From positions 65,844,001 through 65,908,000 of the forward strand of contig NC_045705.1 in assembly GCF_009834535.1 (NCBI RefSeq): a stretch of DNA of 64,000 bases, in the 5' to 3' direction. The stretch comes from Camelus ferus (Eukaryota). Under the pieces are notes generated by a model that made no database searches, was not told where the DNA came from, and saw only the letters and a list, made by a program, of their open reading frames with translations. Positions 16,300 through 28,500 of the stretch are shown here, one piece after another; position 1 is the stretch's first letter; every line of letters begins with the position of its first letter. Position numbers and translations under genes: made by a program.

Positions 16300-16748
16300 G
16301 CAAGGAAGGCAGAGGCCAGCGGAGATTCCTAAAGCCAAGAGGTCCCCTCCAACCGCGGAGAGCAGGAAGGGCGACCCTGCGCAGCTACTTCCGGGTCCTG
16401 CGACCTGAGCGGCATTATGACAAAGACTCTCCTCCCGAGGCCCCGTCAGTCGAAAGTTTGTGGGGGTTTTTTTGTTGTTGTTGTTGTGGCATCTTTTTTT
16501 TTTTTTTTTTTTTTTGCCAGTCGAAAGTTTTTGTCCACGGGTTCCCATAGAGGGACCGAGGGAGGTGCTAACGAGAAAGGGTCCAGCCTGCGGCCGACAC
16601 GCCCCACTCTGGGCATCGCGAAGTCTGAGGAGCACAGCGAGTGTCATTTCCGCCCTCATCCTCGGCTCAACGTGGAGGGGGCAGGGTCAAGTGGAAGACG
16701 CGCTGCTTGTGCGTCACTTCCGGTGAGCCTAGCGGCGACAACGGCAAC
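16300..16748 (+). promoter_or_regulatory. ZNRD2 CpG promoter, probably bidirectional
   Basis: ETS-CRE composite TGCGTCACTTCCGG at 16710-16723, a second CTTCCGG at about 16388, and a YY1-like CAACATGGC over the ATG. Confidence 0.7.
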
Positions 16749-17966
16749 ATGGCCCTGAACGGCGCTGGTAAGAACTTGGGCTGCGGAGGCCTGTGGCTGC
16801 CGGATACGGGAGGCAGCCTGCTTCGGCAAGACCCACAGCCTCTTGTGCCTCTCTTCCCCTAGAAGTCGACGATTTCTCTTGGGAGCCCCCGACCGAAGCG
16901 GAGACTAAGGTGCTGCAAGCGCGGCGAGAGCGGCAGGATCGCATCTCCCGGCTGATGGGCGACTACCTGCTGCGTGGTTACCGCATGCTGGGCGAAACGT
17001 GCGCGGACTGCGGGGTGAGGAGAGAGACTCGGGACGTGGGATCAAGGGTGGGGCCACGGATCAGGCCGCACGGCCCTTCCCCAGCTCTCCCTCTGGACCC
17101 CATCACCCGGCGTCTCACCTCTGTCCCGTGTGCTTTCTGGCCCCTAGACGATCCTCCTCCAAGACAAACAGCGGAAAATCTACTGCGTGGCTTGTCAGGA
17201 GCTCGACTCAGACGTGGATAAAGATAATCCGGGTGAGGGGTTGAGTGTGCTTGGTGAAAAAGTGGGGTGATAGAGGCTCAGGAACAGTAGGCCTGGGAGG
17301 TGACAGTGGTATTTGTGGGTGGGGCGGGAGTAAGGTGCTTTGTCCTTTCAGCTCTAGAAAGGACCATTCATTCAGTAAGAGCACTGAGCACCTACTGTGT
17401 GCCAGACACCATGGGAGAGTCTGAGCTCAATTAGGCGTAGTCCTGATGAGAGAGAGAAAGCAAGAGCATAAATAACTCTGATACAAAGAAGAAAACGTGT
17501 GAGTTACCTTATACAGAGGCAGGGAAAACATTTCAAGTATAGAAAGAGCAGAACAGTGACGAGTAGGGAGGTGGCGATGGGCCAGGTATCCTGACCATTC
17601 CACTGGCTTTTTCCTTTTTTAGCTCTGAATGCCCAGGCTGCCCTCTCCCAGGCTCGGGAGCACCAGCTTGCCTCTGCGTCGGAGCCCCCCTTGGGCTCTC
17701 GGCCTACTCCTCAGCCCCCAGTACCCCGTCCAGAGCACTGTGAGGGAGCTGCAGCAGGGCTCAAGGCAGTCCAGGGGCCACCCCCTCCTGCTCTGCCTCC
17801 AAATGCAGATGTCCTGGCCTGCACACAGGAGGCCCTCCTGCAGAAGCTGACCTGGGCCTCAGCTGAGCTGGGCTCTAGCACCTCCCTGGAGACTAGCATC
17901 CAGCTGTGCAGCCTTATCCGGGCTTGTGCTGAAGCCCTACGCAGCCTTCAGCAGCTGCAACACTAA
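16749..17966 (+). CDS. ZNRD2: Zinc ribbon domain protein 2 (SSSCA1, p27 autoantigen), 199 aa. Exons 16749-16767, 16863-17014, 17148-17232, 17623-17966
   Basis: Spliced product MALNGAEVDDFSWEPPTEAETKVLQARRERQDRISRLMGDYLLRGYRMLGETCADCGTILLQDKQRKIYCVACQELDSD...LRSLQQLQH has a CxxC...CxxC zinc ribbon. All introns are GT-AG and in frame. Confidence 0.97.
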
Positions 17967-18713
17967 AAGACCCCTCCTGAGAAAAACCCTCTAGAAAAAC
18001 AGCTGTTTTGTTGTGTGTAGTTTGTTCTTTTCTTGGTTCTGAGTGTGCATGCTAATCCCAACTCCATTCGTCTTTTTCCTACTTTTGGCCTCATACTATC
18101 ACAGTCTGCTCTCCTTGATGCCAGGAGAAATGAGTTGGGCTTGTTTCCACTCAGTTCCCCCACTCAGAGGATGAGGCTGGGAGGGAGAGGACTATGTGAT
18201 ACTTTTTTCTGAGGAGACCACAGCCTCCTCAAAAGCAGGAACAAGAGGCATCAATCTCTGTGGCACCCCTGCAGCCTCCTCAGCCATCCAGTGCTCATTC
18301 CCTACCCTGAGTGAGATTTGGGGTTCCAATCCCCTTGGTAGCTTCTCCTTCCATAAACATCCTGATACCATCATTCTATCCCACCTCAGGCCCAGACCAG
18401 GTACTGAGACACTGATAGTGCCAGGTTGCACAGTAGGGACCAAGTACGGGCTTAACCCCAGTCTCCTGACCACCCCCACTCCGTCTTCAAATCCTTTTCC
18501 TTGAGAGTTATAATTGAGCAGGATAATTAAACAAGAGTGTTGTGGGGAAGAGAGAACCGCGAAGGAACTGCACCCTCCGCTTCTTGCCCCTATTCCCCCC
18601 TCCACCACCCCCACCCCACCTCCCACCTCCACCCCTGTCTGTTGGTGGCAGAGTCCGTTTTCTCTGCTTTCCGCGACCTAGGCAGCGTGGTCCCACAGCC
18701 CTTGCCCTTTTAA

Positions 18714-19908
<1,195 letters not shown>

Positions 19909-20432
19909 AGAGCTAGAGGGGTGGGGAGCATGCACCCATGCAAAAGGCTCAGAAACTCACCCCTCAGCAAGTACTCAGACTATAGTGCCTGCTTTCCCCC
20001 ATACCACTTCACCTCACGGGAGGGCAAGGCTTGGGCCCTTCGGAGGTTAAACTGCCTATCCTCCCTCTCCTGTCTTGGGTTAGCTGGCACTGGGGCCGGT
20101 ACCTGGACTACAGCCTCTGCCCATGGCACTGGACCTCCACTTCTCCCACATGTGTGCACCTCAGCTTGGCCAACCTTCAGTCTGGCAGTGGGGTCCAAAG
20201 CATCTTGCCCTCCCCTTGGCATCTCTGGGATTGGGATGAGTGCCTGGCTCCTATCTCTTCATCTTTTGCTGCTGTTGGCAGCTGCTGGCTCAGGGGCATC
20301 CCACCTCTGGTCCCTGGGTTCCACTGCCCTAGACAAGGGCTTTGGGACCCATTCCTGCACCCATGGCCAGGAGGGCCAAGGCTCCTTGCTCGATATTTAA
20401 GTTTAGGGGCCAGCCTCCTGGGCACATAGAGA

Positions 20433-20438
20433 AATAAA
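20433..20438 (+). terminator. FAM89B poly(A) signal
   Basis: AATAAA about 525 nt after the stop, followed by GT-rich ggtgtgttct. Confidence 0.75.
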
Positions 20439-20524
20439 TACTCTCTCACCATTGGTGTGTTCTGACTGCCTGGCTCTGGGGAGGGAAGATAGCGGTGTTT
20501 CTGGCAAGTGCCGCCCGGCGCTCG

Positions 20525-20537
20525 CCAGCAGGTGGCG
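20525..20537 (+). promoter_or_regulatory. CTCF motif (forward)
   Basis: CCAGCAGGTGGCG matches the CTCF core consensus. Confidence 0.6.
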
Positions 20538-22049
20538 TTCAAGACCCGGAGTGGAAGAGGCTTGGCGGTGGTAGGGTGCGAATCCTTGCTCCCCGGGTAG
20601 AGCTGCGGAGCAGTCCAAGCTGGCCCAGCCTGGTCCCGCGGTTTTGTGACTGCAGGCGAGTCACTTCCCCTCTCTGGCCGGAGGCCTGGGAGCCCAACCC
20701 CCTCCCCACTTGCTTTGGGCTTTCTTGGCCAGCTGGGAAGGAAGGAGAAGGAACCGCCCTTCTTGAAGAGAGAAACTTTCCACCCCGAGTTGGGGCGGAG
20801 TTGGGGCGGCACAGGAAATGAGTGGGCCGGGGCAGGCGGCCCGAGGGGCCCTAGGCGGGAAAGGGGAAAGGGGAAAGCTCCTCTTGGAAAGGCCTGGAAA
20901 CGAGTGACCTATGGGTGGGAGGAAAGAGCTGCAGAGGCAGAAGAGGGTGAAGTCTCAATGCCCCAGAGGCCAGAAGAGTGAGCCCTGGAGGGGAGATGGG
21001 GGCAGTCCTCTGCGCTTTGGAACATGAGACTCCTAGGAACCCAGACGCCCCCATTCTACGTCTGCTTACCCCTCCATAGCACTTAGGACCTTTAGGGTAG
21101 TATGTAAAAGGCTTTCTCTTCCAGAAGAAACAGCTGCGACGTGGGGTGTGGGAACCAAACCCGAATGTCAGGTCCTCCCTGGAAGAGACCTGCACATTTG
21201 TGGATGTTGGGTGCTAAGGCCTCCACACACACACCACCCCACAACTTCCTGACACGAAGAGGAGAGGACCTCGAAGTTGCACATTTAGGCTTACCGGCTG
21301 CTCATCCCCACACCTGCTATACAGTCCTTGCCTCCTGGAGACAACCAGCTAGCACTCCTGGCAGATCAGACATCCTGAACTGTATCAAGGACCAGGCTTC
21401 TGTCTGTTGGCAAACCTAGCTGAGCGTTCGCACTGGCAGAGGGAACAGGCATAACTCGGGGCGGGACACCTGGGCGATCTCATTGGTGCAGGCAGACGCA
21501 TTGGCGATAAGGGCTCTAATCGACGTGTGAACAGAGTGGCTAACGCCCCAGGGCAGGCTTCCCAGGGGAGGAAGAGTAAACACACAGACACACACACTGA
21601 CGTCCCTGATAACGGATTTCGTTTAATAATACCTGGCAAAAAATCAGCCAGGCTCCACACCAAATGCTTTCCAAAGTTTCACTCAAAATGATGTAAAAGG
21701 TGAAACTATAACTATCCCTGTTTAGCAGAGGTAAAAACTGAGGCTCATTGTGCTTTGCCCAAGGTAACACACTCGCTGGAAGTCAGCTGCTTGAGGGATG
21801 GTGGGACCACCTTCCCACTTGACAGCTGAAGTCAGGTTCTGAGACTGTGAGTGGGTGTTGTCCACAGATAGGGCCACCTGGGTTGGCCCCTGACTCTGCT
21901 TCTTCCTGCTCTTGTTAACACGTGGGTGGTAGTCGGAGTCGGCCGCCTCATTGTCGAGGACAGTTGGCTCTGGCCCAGCGCACTGTGGCCCTTCAAGTCT
22001 CTTCTCCTTTCTGGGTCTCTTTCCCCAGCCTGTGAAATGGGGCCACCAG

Positions 22050-22560
22050 TACGTACCTCCCAGGGCTGCGGGCAGGAAGGGAGGCGGCCGGGGCAGCGCT
22101 CGCGAGGGCGGCACCAATTGCTGGTGGTCCCTTGCCCGGCCCGCGCCTCCACGCCGTCTGGGAGCACAGAGAGCCCGCGCCTAGGTCCAGGCGTCCCCCA
22201 CGCCCCGCGCTCGCCGCGCGAGGTCCCGGAAGCCGGGCCGCCCCGCCCCCGCGCTCCCGCCCGAGCCCCGCCCGCCTTCCGACGGGGGTGCGGCTCCAGG
22301 AAACGGCGCGCTCGCTGCTCCGCGCTCCAGCGACCCGACGCGCCCCAGACGACCCCGCCGACTCAGCCAGACCACCCGGCGGGCCCCAGCGGCGGCGGCG
22401 GGGAGATCCGCCCCGGCTCCGCTCCTCGGACCCCTCCGCACGGACGGGGCGGGCGGCGCCAATAGGAGCCCGGGAGGCCATGGGGACCTGGGTCGGGCCA
22501 GCGGTCGCGGGCCAGCGGGAGCCCCAGGTCTGAGGAGTGGGCGGCGGGGCAGCGAGGGCC
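22050..22560 (+). promoter_or_regulatory. EHBP1L1 CpG island promoter and 5' UTR
   Basis: CpG-dense, several CCCCGCCC boxes, CCAAT at about 22459, and GCC ATG A start context. Confidence 0.7.
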
Positions 22561-25500
22561 ATGACCTCGGTGTGGAAGCGCCTGCAGCGCGTGGGCAAGC
22601 GGGCCGCCAAGTTCCAGTTTGTGGCCTGTTACCACGAGCTGGTGGTGGAGTGCACCAAGAAATGGTGAGTGGGAGGGAGGCCAGTGGGAGTCCCCCAGGC
22701 TGGCTGAGACCCCATCTGGCCTTTGAAGCCTGACAGCCCTGCCCCCAGCGCAGTGGCCAAAGAGGCCCCCTACCCTAGTTTGGGCCCTGGTGACCTAGGC
22801 ACAGAAACTCAAAAGTGCCCTTGCAGCTTGTGGGATCCCCAGAGTTGGGGGGGGGCAGCGTTTGGGGAATGGAGGTCAGGACTTCCTGGCCTGAGAATCT
22901 GTGCCCACACTTTCCTCAGCTGCTCTCAGGACTGGGAGAAAGGAGGCCTCATGTTTTTGGCCAGAGGGATGGTACAGGGTAGTATCAGAAAAGGAAGCAA
23001 GTTTTGAAATCTGCAGGTGGTGGAGCTGGGACGGAAAACTCCATGGACCTTAGTCCAACTCAGAACAAGGATGTTGCCCCCTCCTCCCCTGCCCATTTGT
23101 TGATGCAGAGGAACCACCCACCCCTTCAGCCAGAGTAGGCGCTGGGAGGCTGGATGCATCTCCGCAATATCCTTAAAAGGGGAAACTGAGCACTGGGAGG
23201 GATGAGGAGGGAGGCAGGGAGCAGCTTAAAGGGGCCTGAGCCTGGGGAAGGCAAGGTGGTGGTGTGGGGGGGAAATGTGTGAAGGGTGCAGGACCTGGGC
23301 CGGACTGCCAAAGGAACCAGGGGCATCTCCTTCACATGCCCCCACCCGCAGCTGCCCAGGTTCCTGCGTCACACCCTAAATATATGTGCTTACTGGTGTC
23401 AGCTTCCCTTGGCTGGATTAGGGCACAGCTGTGGGGGCCTCACCCGCCAGGCGGGGCTAAATTTAGGCTCCCAAGAGGAAGGACAGGAAAGGACCAGAGG
23501 GTCCAAGGGGAGGGGAGTGAGCAGGAGACTGGGGTCCCTTGGGCAGCTGCCATGTCCCCAGACTTGACTGGGCCAGCCAGAGGGTCGTTCACACCATTCA
23601 GCGAGGCCCAGAAAGGACAGGAGCTGGCTGGGGTAACACAGCACAGGGCTGGGACTTGAACTCTGGCCTCTGGCTTCTGGCTTCTACCTTCTGCCCCAGC
23701 ATCCTGGCTGAGTGTGCGGGCAGTGTCAACTTGTCTGAGTCACAGAGGGTGGGCAGGGCCTCCTTTGCTTTTTCGCTGGGAGCCCAGGCTAGGAAGCTGC
23801 CCCTGCCCAGGTCTTAGCTCCCCAGGAGGGCGTGCCCAGCCTGAGTCAGGCTGCCTAGCCAGGCCCCGCCCTCTCTAGGCTCCCACTGTCTGCTTCCCCT
23901 TTCTGGGAAGGCCCCATGGCTACCCTTAGTCAGCCATCACCTGAAGTTTGGAGTCAAGGAGGGGTACTTGGCTCCAGGCTGGAGGGCTCTAGGCTTAGCT
24001 GTGTAACCTTGCCTGGCCCCTAACCTCTCTGGGTCTCAGCATCCTCAGGGATTGACAGGAGAGCCATTTGTCCTGGCTTGGCCTCCAGCGGGGCAGTGAG
24101 CTGGGTGAACCTGAGCATCCTGGCATGGGAGGGGGTACAGGCAAGGAGGGCTCTTGTGCTGCCCTTGGCCTGATGCTCCCTAACCATTTCCACCCTCCTG
24201 GGCAGCAGTTGGAACATCTAACCCAAAGGAGCCTCTCCCTTCCAGGCCCAGCCACATGTCTGGGACTTGGCCCTGCACAGGCGACTCTCCTCTCGCTTTA
24301 TCTGTCTCCCCACATCTCTTTGCCCTGGCATATGCTGTTCAGCTTAGATGTCACCTTCTGAAATTTTTTCCCTAGTGTCCTCTGTGGGAGTCAGGGGCCC
24401 TGCAAAGCAAAGGGCTGGGCATGGAAGGCCCTGGGAGGGTATCTCATGACAAGCTGACCCTATGGGTCTCTGACGACTTCCCACGTTCTGCCCCGACCCA
24501 ACCCTACACCTACCAGAATCCTTGGACCCTGGCACTTGCCATTCCCTCTGCCTGGAGTCTCCCTTCTCCAGACCCTTACACAGCCCATCCCTCCCCGACT
24601 CATACCTCTGCTGAGACATCCAACCTTAAGGAGACCCCAGCGGCAATCTCCCATCTCTCTGAAGTCAGTTTGTTAATTTATTTTCCTTCTTAATTGGGAC
24701 TCTTCCCTCACTGCCATAGTCCTCAACCCCAGAAGGCTTTCCTTTGCTCTGCTCTGTCCTCATATTGGGCTGGGGTGACAGTATGCACTCTGCAAATATT
24801 TGTGAATGAATGGACTTCTGTTACTCTGAGTCTGTCTCTTCCTGTGTCTGTGTTTCTTGCAGGGCCCTTGTTGTGTTTTTGTGTATCTCTCTGTCTCTGT
24901 GTATGCCTGTCTCTCTATATCACTGTCTTCATAATCCCTGTCAACCCATGGCCCTTTGCCCTTCTGACCCAGGCCACACCCTGCCTCAGCAGCCCCACCC
25001 TGCTCCCTGGGGCCCCAGATAAGGGGCTGTCCAGGCCCTGTTCAGTGGGTAGGGGGTCGAGGCAGAAGGAAGACTCTGGAGGAGATGGAGAGGCTGGGTG
25101 GGCCTGACTGAGTAGCCCCTCTCCCCTGCCTCCCAGGCAACCTGATAAGCTGGTGGTTGTGTGGACCCGGCGGAACCGGCGCATCTGCTCCAAGGTAGGG
25201 TCCAGATTGGGGTTGGGGCTAATTGGGTGGGTGGGTTAAGTGGGTAAGGGTGATGGGGGAGTGGAATCAGGTTCAGATCATAGGGAGAGAAAGATAGGGT
25301 CAAGACTGGAGATAAGGACAAGGGGTTTCGGGGGAGAGTTAAGACTGGTGGAGGACTCAGACTGCTTATTGTAGGCCCACAGCTGGCAACCGGGCATCCA
25401 GAACCCATACCGGGGCACCGTGGTGTGGATGGTACCTGAGAATGTGGACATCTCTGTGACCCTGTACCGGGTGAGTCTCCAGCCCTCCTGCACAGATGGG

Positions 25501-28500
25501 GATGAGCCGATGATTGCCAGTGCTGTGGGCAGCCACAGGAGTCCCTGGGTGGGTTATGCATCCAAACAAGAAAGGACAGGGGGGTGAAACCAAGAATCAT
25601 GGCAAGGGGTCTCCACAGCCTGAGGGACCCAGCAGGTCATACCCTCCACATATAGTATGAGAGAGAGCTGGGATCAGGAGAAGCTGGGGAGCATACCTGC
25701 CAGGAGGGACCAACATGTGTGAAGGCCCTGAACAAACACCTGAGCCAGCACAGGCTCTTCCCTGCCCTGCCCCACCCCAGCAGTCCCTGTACTCACCAGT
25801 GTCCCTCTTTCCCAGGACCCCCACGTGGACCAGTATGAGGCCAAAGAGTGGACGTTTATTATTGAGAATGTGAGTGGCCAGGGTGGGCTGGAGCCTGGGG
25901 TCTTGGGCACTCTGGAGCAGCACTGATCCTCCTTCCCCTGGCCCACAGGAGTCCAAGGGGCAGCGGAAGGTGCTGGCCACGGCTGAGGTAGACCTGGCCC
26001 GCCATGCAGGGCCTGTGCCTGCCCAAGTTCCGCTGCGGTTGCGGCTGAAGCCCAAGTCGGTGAAGGTGGTGCAGGCCGAGCTGAGCCTCACTCTCTCGGG
26101 GGTGCTGCTGCGGGAGGGCCGAGCCACGTGAGTGCCCCACTGCCCTCCTGGGCCCTAATCTGAAACCTCTGACCAGCCCTCACCTCTGACCTCTGACCCC
26201 CAGGGATGATGACATGCAGAGTCTTGCGAGCCTCATGAGCATGAAGCCTAGTGATGTGGGCAACTTGGAGGACTTTGCTGAGAGTGACGAGGAGGAGGCT
26301 AATGGTCCAGGGACCCTGGAGGTGCGGGCTCGTGTCCCCCAGCCAGGTAGGCTCACCACCCGTGGATTGAGATCACCAGGACCTAGGGAGGCTGAGGATA
26401 ACCCGGGCCGTAATCCACTTGCTGTGTCGGGGCAGGGCCAGCTTGAGCACACTCCATGGTGGGAGCTCTCTATGGCCAGAAGGTCCCAATCTGCTCAGTG
26501 GCCCTAAATATCCAGACTTGACCCCTGGTCCCATAGTGACCTTGGTCCTTAGCTGAGTCCTTCCAGATGGGTTCCCAGCACCTCCCAGTGTCCCTGGCCC
26601 TCTCCTCACCCCTAGGTGGATGCCTGCCCAGGTCTGTACCTGCCCTGAGGCAGCTGGGCCAAAAGTGCAGAGAGGGGCTGCAGTCCAGGCTCACCACCCC
26701 TCACCACTCACCCTCATCCCTCCCTTTTGCTTGTTAAGGCTTTTTTTCTGTCTGTCCTTGTCTGCCCTGTCTTTCTCTCTTCTCTGCATCCATGGGCCTG
26801 TCTCTTCTCGTAGGCTGGGGCAGTGCCCTGAGGCTGGGGCGTCTCCCAGGTAGGCCCAGCATTCTAGTTGTGGGGAGGGGGTCAGGCCTGCAGGGCTCTT
26901 CCCTGGGCTGACCCTGCCCTCCAATCCCTGCCCCCAGATGCCTCTCGGGAGCTGAAGACACTTTGTGAGGAGGAGGAAGAGGGCCGGCTCCAGCAGGCAG
27001 GTGAGGCCCAGGCTGGGGTTGCAGGGGGTTGTGGGGGGCACTGGACATCCAGTCACAGAGCCCAGGCCTCAACACTACCTCTCTTTCTTCCCCGCAGCTG
27101 CCAGCCCTTCTAGTGCTGAGGATACCAGCCCAGCACCTGTGAGTGCCCCTGCGCCCCCAGCCAGGGCCTCCCGGGGCCAGGAGTCAGAACCAGCTACCAT
27201 AGCTGGGGGCCAGGTGGGGCCCAAGGCCCCCAGGCCCCCCAGAACCCCACCCGAGACAAGGTGAGCTATGGAACCAGCCCCACAGCCCCATCCCCTGTCT
27301 ATTCTCAAGAAGTTGCACTCCCCTCACCTAACCACCTTTCCAGGGCCCCAGCAATCTGAAAGGCTGGAAGAGGAGCTGAGAGGGGGGCCAAATGCCCCAC
27401 CTGCAATGCACCCTCCTGCTCTCTCTTCAGGTCCTCAAGACAGCCAGGCCAAGATGTGGCCCCCACCCCGGCCCCTCGGCTCCGGAAAGGCTCTGATGCC
27501 CCCTGGCCCCCAGTCCACCAAGAGGATGATGAGGCCCCCAAAGACTCAGGGGCTCCCCCAGCAGGAGTGGATTCTGCTGTGGAGACCCAGGCCCTGGAAA
27601 GCCCTCAGGAAGGGACAGAAGCCCAGGGAGCAGGGCTGGGCCCAAGCACTGAGGACAGACACTCCAGCAAAGTTTTGGAAGGGCAGAAACCCATGGCTGA
27701 GGAAGGGGGCATTGGGGACAGGCCAGAGGCTAGTGGGTTGGCCACTGAGCATGGGTTAGGAGTCAGAGAGGTGAATAAGAAGAGGTCAGATGTCAGAGCT
27801 TGGGAGGCTGAAGAGAGTTTAGGAATAGGTCAAGTGGATGCTCAGCGGAGGTCAAATGTGAGACATGTGGACACTAAGGGACCAGAGTCTACAGGGGTGA
27901 CATCTGAGGCAAGATTCAAGGGGACTCCTGAGGCTCCTCCAAGGGGCTCTCAGGGGAAGACAGGCGTCAGGACCAGGGATGAGGCTCACACAATCCTGAG
28001 CCCACCTCCAGCAGAGCCTGCAGGGCATTCCAGGCATCTTGGTGACCTCAAGGGGATCAGGGCTGCTGCAGGCCAGGAGAAAGAGGGTGCAGAGGTGAAG
28101 AACAGAGCCCTGGGTATTGGGGGGACAGGCCTGGAGCAGGGCACCTCTGTTGGAGCAGCAAGTGCCAGTCCCCAGGTGAGCAGGTACCAAGGGGCCCCAC
28201 TAGCAGCTGACCAGGGGGCAGTGTCTAGGGATCTGAGGGTCTGGGAGGTAGAAACTGGGGATTCAAGGGTCCCGGGACCAGAGACTAGGGTGGTAGAATC
28301 AGAGTCATTGGGGACCCAGGAGATGGAAGTGGGGGGCTCAGTGTTTCCACAGATAGAGACCGAGACAGCAGAAGCAGAGATATTGGGGACCCAGGAGACA
28401 AAAAGAGTGAGATCAGGGGTCCTGGAGTCAGAGGCTGCTGAGATGACAGAGTCTAAGGAACTAGGGACCCAGAAAACAGGGGTAAGGATTTTAGGGGTCC

